Positions 37,474-48,500 of a stretch of 64,000 nucleotides of DNA are shown here, piece by piece. The number at the start of each line of letters is the position of its first letter. Position 1 is the stretch's first letter. The notes under the pieces are model-generated. The model ran no database searches. It was not told where the DNA came from and saw only the letters and a list, made by a program, of their open reading frames with translations. Origin of the DNA: Acidimicrobiia bacterium. GTDB taxonomy: Bacteria > Actinomycetota > Acidimicrobiia > IMCC26256 > JAOSJL01. The stretch lies in assembly GCA_027494115.1 (NCBI GenBank), contig JAOSJL010000001.1, forward strand, positions 2,661,937 to 2,725,936, read 5' to 3'. The translations under genes were made by a program, and so were the position numbers.

Positions 37474-38637
37474 GTGCCCACCGGCGAGAGCGCGGCCGCG
37501 ATCGCCGAGGTGGCGGCCTCGGGCGGGATCGAACGGATTCACATGTTCGCCTGGCGCGACGTCGAGGACGTCGAGGCAGGTGGCTCGGAGCGCCACGCGG
37601 CCGAACTCGCCCGGCACTGGACCGACGCAGGCCTCGAGGTCACGATGCGCACCTCCTTCGCTCAGGGGCGGCCGCCCGAGGAGTGGCGGGACGGCTACCG
37701 CGTTCGCAGGCGCGCCGGCCGGTACCAGGTCTTCTGGCGGGCCATCGCCGGGGAGATCGCCGGGCGCAACGGCCCACGCGACGCGGTGGTCGAGATCTGG
37801 AACGGCGTGCCCTTCTTCGTGCCTCTGTGGACCTCCGGACCGCGCCTCACGTGGGTCCACCACGTCTACGGTGGGATCTGGCACCGCACGCTTCCCGAGC
37901 GACTCGCGCGTGTGGGCGAAGCCGTCGAACTCACGATCGCGCCACGGGTCTACCGGCGAAGTCCCGTCGTGACCGACAGCGAGTCCTCGCGTCAGGAGAT
38001 CATCCGCCGGCTCGGACTCGACCCCGCGAACGTCTCGGCGGTGGCGCCCGGGGTCGACCCCCGCTTCTCACCCGGTGACGGCCTCAGTCCACATCCGTTG
38101 GTGGTCGCTGTCGGGCGCCTCATTCCCGCCAAACGCTTCGACAGTCTCATCCGGGCACTCGAACCTGTCGCGCGGCGGCGACCCGACCTCGAGCTCGCGA
38201 TCGTCGGCGACGGATATGAACGCGACCACCTGCGGGAGATCGTGGCCGAACTCGATGCCTCCCGTTGGGTCCGTCTGACCGGACCCGCCACCGAGGATGA
38301 ACTCGTCGACTGGTACCGCTCGGCATGGATTCTCACGAGCGCGTCCTCCGCCGAAGGATGGGGCATGACGATCACCGAAGCCGGCGCGTGCGGAACGCCG
38401 GCGGTCGTCACCGACATCGCCGGCCACCGTGATTCGGTGCGCGACGGTGTGACCGGCCTGCTCGCGTCGACGATCGGAGACCTGGCGGACTGCGTGGCAC
38501 GTCTGGTCGATGATTCCGACCTCAGGGCCCGACTCGGTGCAGCAGCGGTGGAGCGCGCTCGGGAGCTGTCGTGGTCCGACACGGCGCTCCACAGCATGGA
38601 GATCCTCGCGGCCGACTCGCGGCGGCGCCGATGCTGA
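37474..38637 (+). CDS. GT4 family glycosyltransferase (module 1)
   Basis: The GTG start has a GAGGAGG SD. The C-terminal GT-B signature is ASSAEGWGMTITEAGACGTPAVV. 387 aa. The stop overlaps the next start (ATGCTGA). Confidence 0.85.
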   Translation: MPTGESAAAIAEVAASGGIERIHMFAWRDVEDVEAGGSERHAAELARHWTDAGLEVTMRTSFAQGRPPEEWRDGYRVRRRAGRYQVFWRAIAGEIAGRNGPRDAVVEIWNGVPFFVPLWTSGPRLTWVHHVYGGIWHRTLPERLARVGEAVELTIAPRVYRRSPVVTDSESSRQEIIRRLGLDPANVSAVAPGVDPRFSPGDGLSPHPLVVAVGRLIPAKRFDSLIRALEPVARRRPDLELAIVGDGYERDHLREIVAELDASRWVRLTGPATEDELVDWYRSAWILTSASSAEGWGMTITEAGACGTPAVVTDIAGHRDSVRDGVTGLLASTIGDLADCVARLVDDSDLRARLGAAAVERARELSWSDTALHSMEILAADSRRRRC

Positions 38638-41600
38638 GCCGGTTGCGGTCACACACGAGCCTCGTGTCCCACGGTGTGCTGGCCGTGCTCACGTTCATCC
38701 CGCTTCTCCTCACCGCGACCGGCCGAGTCGTGGCCGACTCCAAACAGCTGCTGTACGTCGACCCGTCCCGGTGGTTGTCGCGCGCGCCGTACCTGTGGGA
38801 CCAGCACCTCGGCATGGGGACCGTCACCCACCAGAACATCGGCTACCTGTTTCCGATGGGTCCGTACTTCTGGCTCATGGACCTCCTCGGTGTCCCGGTC
38901 TGGATGGCGCAGCGGCTCTGGCTGGCGGCGATCCTTTTCGCGGCGGGGGCCGGGGTTCTGTTTCTCGCCCGGACCCTTCGTTGGACGGGCTGGGCGCCTC
39001 TCGTCGCCGCTCTCGCGTACGCCTTCTCGCCCTACGTCGTGCAATACGCCACGACCCTGTCGGTCTTCCTCCTGCCGTTCGCCGGTCTTCCGTGGCTGAT
39101 CGGGCTCACAGCCCGGGCGCTGCGCCGCGGCGGATGGCGCGACCCGGCGTTGTTCGCCCTCGTCGTTCTCACGGTCAGCGGCGTGAACGCCACGGCGCTC
39201 GCGTTCGTCGGGGTCGGACCGATCCTGTGGATCATCAACGAGACATGGGTGGCGCGCCGAGCGTCGACACGGCAGGCACTGGCGACGATCGGACGGATCG
39301 GCGTTCTCACGTTCAGCGTCTCGCTCTGGTGGATCGTCGCGCTGATGGTGCAGACACGACACGGGCTCCCCGTTCTCGACTTCAGTGAGACGCTCGAGAC
39401 GGTCTCGGTGTCGTCGTCGGGGCCTGAGGTGCTTCGGGGTCTCGGCATGTGGTTCTTCTACGGGCGCGATCCCGTCGAAACGTATTTCGCGGGAGCGCTA
39501 CGCCTGCTGACGAGCGTTCCCGCCCTGACCCTCAGCTTCCTCGTTCCCGGGATCGCCGTCGTGGCCGCGGTCGCGACGCGGTGGCGTCACCGGGCGTTCT
39601 TCCTCCTCCTCGTCGTCGTCGGCGTCGTGATCGCCGTCTCCACCCATCCATTCGACGATCCCTCCCCTCTGGGCCGCGCGATCCGCGACTCCGACTCGAG
39701 CCTGGCGCTGTCACTGCGGAGCTCGACGCGTGCCGTCCCGCTCGTGGCCCTGGGACTGGCCGTGCTCCTCGCCGCAGGTCTCGGAGCACTCGCCCGCCGC
39801 TACCGTGTCGTCGGCAATACTGCTCTGGCGCTCGTGGGTGTGCTCGCCGTCCTCAACCTGTCGCCGCTGTGGGACGGAACGATCATCTCCGACACGCGCG
39901 ACCGCCCCGAGGAGATCCCCGCCTACTGGACCGAAGCAGGCTCCGCTCTCGACGGCCCCGTGAAGAGTGGACGGATTCTCGAGATCCCCGGCAGCGACTT
40001 CGGTTCCTACCGCTGGGGCGACACGATCGACATCATCAGCCCCGGCCTCACCGACCGACCGATCGTGGCGCGCGAGGTGACGAGCTACGGCACCCCGGGA
40101 TCACTGAACCTGATGGCATCGTTCGACCTCCGCCTCCAACAGAACGTCCTCGACGCGCAGGCCGTGGCGCCCATCGCGCAGCTGATCTCGGCCAGTGATG
40201 TGCTCTTGCGTTCCGACCTCCAGTTCGAGAGGTATCGGACCCCCCGGCCCCGCGACCTCTGGAACCAACTCGTACCACCGCCACCCGGCCTCGGCGAGCC
40301 CGTCACCTTCGGGGGAGCCCACGCCCAACGTCCCCGTCGAACGGCTCCCGCTGCTCGACGAGACCGAGTTGGCCATCCCGTGGGACGCCCCGGACCCACC
40401 ACCCCTCGCTGCCTTCCCGGTGGAGAACCCGCGGCCCATGGTGCGGCCGGCCCCGGTGTCGAGATCGATGCTCCTGGCCGGAGACGCCGACGGTCTCATC
40501 GACGCCGCGGCGGCCGGTCTCATCGGCGAGGAGCAGCTCGTGCTCTATACGGGCACTCTCGCGGACGACCCCGACGCCCTGGCCCGCACTCTCGACAACG
40601 GCGCCGAGCTCGTCGTCACCGACACCAACCGTCGACGCGGTCAGAGGTGGCTGACCCTGCGTGACGGGACCGGCTACACGGAGACGGAGGGCGAGAAACC
40701 GCTCGTCGACGACCCGAGCGACGCGCGACTGGAGGTCTTCCCCGACGCGGGCGACGACTCCCGCTCCGTCACGACGATCGACGGTCCGACGGCACGCGCG
40801 ACGGCCTACGGCAACCCCGTGACCCTGACGCCGGACGCACGCCCGCAGCTCGCGGTCGACGGTGCTCCCGCGACAGCCTGGACCGTGGCGGCGTTCAGTG
40901 ATCCTGTGGGCGAGCGAATCGAGGTCACGACGCCCGAGCCCGTGACGACCGACTCGATCACACTCCGTCAGGCGCCCGGTGGGAACCGGCGCATCACGCA
41001 GGTCGGTCTCCGCCTCGACGGCGGTGAGCAATTCACCGTCGACCTGGGTCCCGAGTCCGACGCCGGCCAGGAGGTGACGTTCCCGGAGCAGACCTTCGAG
41101 ACCCTCGACATCGAGATCCTCGATGTGGATCCACACACCGAAACCTTCGCCGGGTTCTCCGGTGTCGGTTTCGCCGAGATAGCGATCCCGGGCGTGGAGC
41201 CCGCCACCGAGGCCGTACGGGTCCCGGTCGACCTCACCGACGCGGTCAGCGGCGACCTTTCGCCGGGCGCTGCCGAAAAGCTTCCACTCACGTATCTCTT
41301 CACGCGGCTGCGCTCCTCGGCCACGGACCGGATCCGCTCCGACGACGAGGTGCACCTCAGCCGCATCTTCGACGTTCCCGTCGAGCGGACCTTCACAGTG
41401 GAGGGCACCGTCCGTCTCCGGGCCGATGATCCGAGCGCCCCGGTCGAGGCCGTGCTGGGCCTCCCGGGAGCAGCGGGCGGAGGTGTCGACGTGACCGCCT
41501 CCGATGTTCTCGAAGGCAACGCGGCCGCCCGCCCGGCCGCCGCACTCGACGGCGACCGCACGACGGCGTGGAGTCCGGGGCTCGGAGAGCAGACGGGCCA

Positions 41601-43004
41601 ATTCCTCGAGTTCACCGCCGCCGAACCGGTCACTCTGGACGGCCTCGACCTCGCGGTCGTCACCGACGGTCGGCACTCCGTTCCCACCGAGCTCACCGTC
41701 GAAGCAGGTGGCGACGCGCGCGTCGTATCCCTTCCCGACCTGGAGGACCTCCCCGCACGAGGCACCACAACCCTGGTGTCCCTCGGTTTCGACGAGCTCA
41801 CCGGTGACACGGTACGTGTGACCGTCACGGGCGTCCGACCGGTCACGACCACCGACTACTTTTCCGGCGCGGCGGTGCCGCTGCCGGTGGGGATCGCGGA
41901 GTTGGGAATCGCGGGTGTGGATCTCGGTCCGCTGCCCGATTCGATTCCGCCCGTGTGCCGCGAAGGCCTGCTCGACATCGACGGAACACCGCTGGCCGTG
42001 CGCGTCTCGGGATCCACCGCCGACGCCCTCGCCGGGCGATCGCTCTCCTTCGAAGCCTGCGACGCTGCCGCTCCCGACAACGCGGCGGCGTCAATCGCGG
42101 TTCCGCTGTCGGCCGGAACGCACACCCTCACGTCGGGCTCGGGATCGGCAACCGGTCTCGACGTGGACCAGGTCGTGCTGTCCTCTCCGGGAGCCCCACT
42201 CCCCGACATGGAGCTCTCCACCGCCACGACACCGACCGTCGAACTCGACACCGTCGATCCCGTCAGTTTCGAGGCCACCGTGACCGGGGCCACCGACCCC
42301 TTCTGGCTCGTTCTCGGTCAGAGCCACAGCGAGGGCTGGGAGGCCACCGCCGGAGGAAAGGACCTGGGGTCACCGACCCTCGTCGACGGCTACGCCAACG
42401 GCTGGTACGTCGATCCCGCCGAGGTGGGCACGGACTTCACGGTCACCATGACCTGGACCCCGCAGCGGTGGGTCTGGATGGGACTGGCCCTGACCGCTCT
42501 CGGAGCACTGGCGTGCCTCGTCATCATCATCGTCGGACGTCGTCCGGGTTCGGGCGGCTCTGACGACAAAGAGGCCGATTCCACGCCGGCGCTGACCTCG
42601 CCCTTCCGGTCGGCGGGCCCCACCGTCCACCCGCTGACCGCGGCCGGTGCGGGCGTTGTCGCCGCCCTTCTCGCCACCGTGCTGTTCTCGCCCGTCATCG
42701 GCGTGGTGACCGGCGTGGCCGCGGGGGTTGCTCTCGCGACGACCCGGGGACGCGGATTGCTCACGGTAGGTGCAGTCGCCGCCTTCGGGGGTCAGCTCTG
42801 ATCGTGGTCGTCCAACAGTGGCGCCACAGATATCCGGTCGACTTCGCGTGGGCCGCCCACTTCGACCTGTCCCACGGGCTCGCCCTCCTGGCCGTGGCTC
42901 TGCTGGGCGCCGACGCCCTGATCCAGGCGTTCCGGAGACGCAGACTGGCCGCGGAGAAGAACTCCTCTCAGGACTCCGTATCTCAGGAGCCGTCCCAGCG
43001 CTGA
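38631..43004 (+). pseudogene. AftD-like giant GT-C glycosyltransferase (alpha-(1->3)-arabinofuranosyltransferase family / DUF3367) with discoidin-type CBMs, two frameshifts
   Basis: Collinear with the intact paralog 45513..49913 over its whole length. Frame changes occur at the G5 run 40311-40315 (extra G; ...GEPVTFG|EPTPNVPVERLPLLDE) and the G5 run 42787-42791 (missing G; ...AAFGG|SALIVVVQQW...PVDFAWAAH). Track ORF 42804..43004 is its true C-terminus. Span is exactly 1458 codons. Confidence 0.8.
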
Positions 43005-44187
43005 GGAAGCCGGTCGGGGTGGGCTGCGACCTCGTCGGCCACCACCTGCAACGTCCCGAGCGCACTCTGGGGCCATGTGAGGCGCGGGGCTCGTGCGAGC
43101 GCGCCCTCCGTGAGCCGTGCACGAAGCTCGTCGTCGGTGAGCACACGGACCATCGCATCGGCGAGTTCCTGAGTACCCGTGGCCAGGAGGCCCGTCGAGC
43201 CGTCGACGACGGCGTCGACATGACCGGGGATTCTGGTGGCAACCCCCGGCGTACCGCACGCGGCCCCCTCCGTGAGCGTGAGACCCCATCCCTCACGCAC
43301 CGACGTCGAGGCAACGAGCCAGGCCGCGCGGTAGCGGTTAACCAGGTCGTCGTTGGACACGCGACCGAGAAACTCGATCCACTCCCCACCGCCGAGGCGC
43401 CGCGCCTGGGCTTCCAGGTCGGCGCGCAGCGGCCCTCGCCGGCAATCCACACGCGGAGGTTCGGGACATGTCGACGAACCTTCGCGACGCTGTCGAGAAG
43501 CACGTCGAAGCGCTTGGGCGGCATGAACCGACCTGCGGCCAGGATCGTCGGTGCCGCAGCCTTCTCTCCGCCCGGCGAGAAGCGGGCGTCAACGCCGTTG
43601 GGGACGACCGAGATTTGACTGCCCCTGAAACCGAGGTCGTCGATGAGCGCTCGACGGGTGGAGTCGGACACCGCCACGATTCGGGTGTTGCGGTAGAGGG
43701 GCGGTTCGACATAGCGCTCGATGCCGTGAGCGATGTGCGAAGCAGCGGGCGGAAGCAGCGAGTGCCACATGTCGAGGTGGAGGTGATGCAGTACGGCGAT
43801 CCGTGGTGCTCGTGTCCACAGCGGGCCGAAGAACGGCAGTCCGTGGAAGATCTCCACCACGGCGTCGGGACGGCCGTCGAGGTTCAGCAGTCCGGCGAGC
43901 GCCGTGCGGGCGAAGACGGTGAACCGACCGCCACGGCGGATCACCCGGTAGCCGTCCCGGACGATCTCGTGCGGACGACCGGGCACTTCGGCGGTCCGGA
44001 GGGTCACGTCGAGGCCGGCCTCCGCCCAGAGCGCGGCGATCTGCGAGGCGTGCTCCTCACTCCCGCCCGCTGTGGGGTCGTCGCGGTCGCGCCACGCCAC
44101 CATGTGGACATTTTGGAGACCCACTGCGGCGGCCGTGGCGGCCATCGCCTCGGGAGTCGCGTCAGCAGGTGCAACACGTGTCGTCAT
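42983..44187 (-). pseudogene. GT4 family glycosyltransferase (third copy, inverted), frameshifted
   Basis: The N-part (track 42370..44187) MTTRVAP...NLRVWIAGEG joins the frame of track ORF 42983..43450 (PLRADLEAQARRLG...TSVREGWGLTLTEGAACGTPGVA). One base is missing at C-run 43433-43435. Span is 1205 nt (3n+2). Confidence 0.8.
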
Positions 44188-44341
44188 GGGCTGCGCAGGC
44201 TAACAGCGGGTGTGCCCGCCCCTGGTCCCGTCCAGGCCGTGTTCGACCGTCCGCTGGTGCGGGGCGCGGAATGGCAGACTGCACCCCTTGTGAGACCTGT
44301 TCCGAGCCGCGGGAGACCCTCGGGCTCCGGGGAGCGCCGAC

Positions 44342-45499
44342 GTGCCTGAGACAGCCGCAAAGATCGGGGACGTCGCCGACGAGGCCGGCCTTCGCCGGAT
44401 CCACATTCTGGCGTGGCGGGATCTCGACGACGTGGAGGCCGGTGGCTCGGAGGTCCACGCCGACCAGGTCGCCCGGCGGTGGGCCGCCGCCGGCATCGAC
44501 GTCACCATGCGAACGTCCCACGCCCAGGGACAGCTCCCCACCGGCATGCGCCACGGATACCGCGTGGTCCGTCGCTCGGGGCGTCACCTCGTCTTCCCCG
44601 ACGTCGCGCTCTCGGGCCTGCTGGGCGGAATCGGCCCCCGTGACGCTCTCCTCGAGGTGTGGAACGGCATGCCGTTCTTCACGCCGCTGTGGGCACGTGG
44701 GCCGCGCGTCACCTTCATCCACCACGTCCACGCACAGATGTGGCGTCAGGCCCTCACCCCCGGGCTCGCGCGCATCGGCGAGCTCGTGGAACTGGGCATC
44801 GCCCCCGTGCTGTACCACCGATCGCGGATTCTCACGCCGTCGGAGTCGTCGCGCCTCGAGATCGTCGAGCATCTCCGTATTCCCGCCGACCGGGTGTCGG
44901 CGGTACCCAACGGGGTGGACCCGCGTTTCGCGCCCGGAGGCGTTCGATCACCACACCCGCTCGTGATCGCGGTCGGTCGGCTCGTCCCCCACAAGAGGAT
45001 CGATGCCCTCCTCGACGCGCTCGCCGTGGTGCGTGAAGATCATCCCGACCTCGAGGCGGTGATCATCGGCGACGGCTACGAGCGTGGTGCGTTGGAGTCG
45101 AGAGCCCACGAGCGGAACATGGAGTCGTGGGTACGCTTCACCGGTCACGTCGACGACGACGCTCTCCTCGACTGGTGTCGCCGTGCCTGGCTGCTGGTGA
45201 GTGCTTCGTCCGCGGAGGGCTGGGGGATGACGATCACCGAAGCCGCCGCGTGCGGGACACCGGCAGTCGTCACGCGGATCGCCGGTCACGTCGACGCCGT
45301 CGCGGAGGGTCGAAGCGGCCTTCTCGCCGACTCCCCCGCCGAACTCGCCGAACCGATTTCGCGCGTACTCGGCGACCACGAGCTCCGTCAGCAGCTCGGC
45401 GAAGGCGCGCAGAAATACGCCGCGCAGTTCACCTGGGATCGTACGGCGCTCGAGATCCTGCGCGCGTTGGCCGACGAGGCGCTGCTGCGGCGCCGATGA
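44342..45499 (+). CDS. GT4 family glycosyltransferase (module 2)
   Basis: Paralog of 37474..38637 along its whole length (IHILAWRDLDDVEAGGSEVHA..., ASSAEGWGMTITEAAACGTPAVV). 385 aa. Confidence 0.85.
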   Translation: MPETAAKIGDVADEAGLRRIHILAWRDLDDVEAGGSEVHADQVARRWAAAGIDVTMRTSHAQGQLPTGMRHGYRVVRRSGRHLVFPDVALSGLLGGIGPRDALLEVWNGMPFFTPLWARGPRVTFIHHVHAQMWRQALTPGLARIGELVELGIAPVLYHRSRILTPSESSRLEIVEHLRIPADRVSAVPNGVDPRFAPGGVRSPHPLVIAVGRLVPHKRIDALLDALAVVREDHPDLEAVIIGDGYERGALESRAHERNMESWVRFTGHVDDDALLDWCRRAWLLVSASSAEGWGMTITEAAACGTPAVVTRIAGHVDAVAEGRSGLLADSPAELAEPISRVLGDHELRQQLGEGAQKYAAQFTWDRTALEILRALADEALLRRR

Positions 45500-45512
45500 C
45501 TGATCCGGCGCA

Positions 45513-48500
45513 ATGAGGACGTCCGAGACCGGCGAGGCCTCCGGCGTCGTTGCGCGTGACCCCTCGCGTCGCTTCTCACTCCTCGCCCACGGAGGCCTGG
45601 CCGTCCTCGCCTACGTGCCGCTCCTGCTCACCGCTCCCGGACGCGTGGCGGCTGACACCCGCGCTCTCATCTACCTCGACCCGGGCGGCTTCGTGCCACA
45701 GGCGCTGTCGCTCTGGGACACGTCGACACATCTGGGAACGGTCACCCACCAGAACCTCGGTCTGGCGTTCCCGATGGGAGCCTGGTTCTGGCTCACCGAC
45801 ACCCTCGGAATCCCGGTGTGGATCGCGCAGCGCCTCTGGTTGGGCACCATTCTGTTCGCGGCGGGCGCCGGCGTGCTCTACCTCACGCGCACGCTTCGCT
45901 GGACCGGCGCGGGTCCGCTGGTCGCAGCTCTCGTGTACATGCTCAGCCCGTACGTGTTGCAGTATGCGCCCCGAACGTCGGTGCTGATTCTTCCGTGGGC
46001 GGGTCTCCCGTGGTTGGTCGCCTACACGGAAAGGGCGGTGCGCACCGGCGGGTGGCGCTACCCGGCGCTCTTCGCTCTGGTGGCTCTCATCGTGGGGGGC
46101 GTCAACGCCACGGCGCTGATCCTCGTGGGTATCGCCCCGGTGATGTGGCTGATCTTCGTGATCTGGGTGACGCGCGAAGTCACCTGGCGCCCCGCGGTCG
46201 GCGCGGCACTACGGATCGCCGCCTTGACGGTGGCCGTGTCGGTCTGGTGGGTCGTGGCGCTGATGGTGCAGAGCCGCTACGGACTCCCGGTGCTGCTGTA
46301 CGGCGAGACCGTCGACCAGGTCGCCACGACCTCCACCGCCACCGAGGTGCTCCGCGGCCTCGGCTACTGGCTCTTCTACGGACGCGACGGTCTCCAACCC
46401 AACATCGCCGCCGCGGTGGCATATCTCCAGAACCCGGGACTGTTGACGGTGAGCTTCCTGCTTCCGGCCCTCGGTCTCGTCGCGGCCTTCGTGCTCCGGT
46501 GGCGGTACCGCGCCTACTTCGCAGCCCTCGTCGTCGTCGGGGTCGTGATCGGCGTCGGCACCTATCCGCCGGGCAACTCCGCGCCTCTGGGCGCCGCCTT
46601 CGCCGACTTCGCCGAGACCTCTTCGGCAGGTCTGGCGCTGCGATCCTCGTCGCGGGTCGTCCCCCTCCTCGTTCTGGGGTTCGCGGTCCTGGTCGGCGCC
46701 GCGACGACGGCCCTGCGCATCCGACGACCTCGCCTCGGGCTCGTCGTTGCCACGCTCATCGGAGTCCTCGCCGTGGCCAACCTCCCCGCTCTCGTCACCG
46801 GCGATTTCGTGGACCGCAACTTCGAGCGCGACGACGCTCTCCCGGAGTACTGGGAGGAAGTGGCGGAGGCCCTCGACGCCACCGACGACGGATCACGTGT
46901 CCTGGAGATCCCCGGCATCCAGTTCGCCAGCTACCGCTGGGGCACCACCTACGACGCTCCCGTCAGCGTCGGGCTGATCGACCGCGACATCGCCGCCCGC
47001 GAGCAGATCCCGTTCGGTTCCGCACCGTCGGCCGACCTCATGATCGCTCTCGACCGCCGACTCCAGGAAGGCGTGTTCGAACCGGAGGTACTCCCCGTTG
47101 CAGCGCGACTCCTCAGCGCAGGTGACGTGTTGCTGCGTTCCGACCTCGAATTCGAGCGCTTCTACGCACCCAGACCACGCCTCGTGTGGTCGCAGCTGCT
47201 CGGTTTCTCCACTCCGTCGGACGACGACCGAGCCGGAGGTCTCGACGAACCACAGGGGTTCGGCGAGCCGACCGAGAACGTGGCCGGGCCCGATTTTCCG
47301 CTCATCGACGAGCAGACCCTCGGACTACGCACCGAGACGGACCCACCACCCGTGGCGTTGTTCGATGTCGTCGGGGCACCGCCGGTGTTCCACACGAAAT
47401 CCACCACCGAGCCGGTTCTCCTGGACGGCGACTCAGAGGGGCTGCTCGACGCTGCGACGGCAGGACTCATGACGGGCGAAGAGGTCGTTCTGTTCGGCGC
47501 CACGCTCGAGGACGACCCGGACCTCCTCGCCCTCTCGCTCGAGAACGACGGCTCGATCGTCGTCACGGACACCAACCGCCTCCGCGAGCGCCGCTGGCGC
47601 TCGACGCGAGGCAACACGGGGTTCACGGAAACCGAAGACGAAGAGCTTGCCCACGCCGGTGTCGGCGAGGGTGAGGCGGTCCTGGAGGTCTTTCCCGACG
47701 CGTCAAACGACAGCCGCACTGTCGCGATCCACGACGGTGCGTCGGCATCGGCCACCGGTTACGGGGGACCTCAGACCTTCGACCCGGCGACTCGACCTGT
47801 GGCAGCCATCGATGGGGACGTCACGACCGCATGGCAGGTCGGGCCGCTCTTCGACGGCGTGGGAGAGCGGCTCGTGATCACCACCGACGAGCCCGTCACG
47901 ACCGACCACATCACGTTGCTGCAGACACAGAACAGCTTCGGGACGTACACGATCCGCGAGGTCGAGGTGCGCACCGATGGCGGCCAGACGTTCGTCGTGG
48001 AGCTCGGCCCGGAGTCACGCACCGGTCCCGGTCAGACGGTCACGTTCCCGGAAACCACCTTTTCTGAACTCGAGATCGAGATCACGGAGACCGGTGTCGA
48101 CGACCCCGAGGAACCCGAGGCCCTGACCCCGGTGGGTTTCGCGGAGGTGGGGATCCCTGGTGTCACGTTCGACGAGCTCGTCCGCCTCCCCGTCAACCTC
48201 ACGAACTCGATGGAGGGTTCGGAGGCCGAGAACACCGCTCTCTCGTACGTGATGACGCGCCTGCGCTCGAATCCGGCGGAGCCGTTGCGCCCCGACGAGG
48301 AGCTCGGAATGAGCCGCATCTTCGAGGTCCCCGCGAGCCGCGGGTTCTCGCTTGTCGGCACGGCACGGATTTCGGCCGCCATTCCCGACGAGCAGATCGA
48401 TGATCTGCTCGGTCTTCCGATCGCGAGCGATCCGGTCGTGGCCGCGCGGTCATCGAGTCGGCTGCCCGGGTCCCTCGAATCCCGTGCCCGGTCCGCCGTC

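Noticed and set aside
37387-37884. 166-codon N-terminal extension of the MT-MT gene (track ORF 35842..37884). Similar upstream extensions occur in ORFs 7051, 7679, 686..2170, 2095..2742, 2595..3269, 17454..18638 and 24583..26334.
   Set aside because: The extensions are Arg/Pro/Gly-rich, overlap neighbouring genes or divergent promoters, and precede internal starts where family-typical sequence begins.
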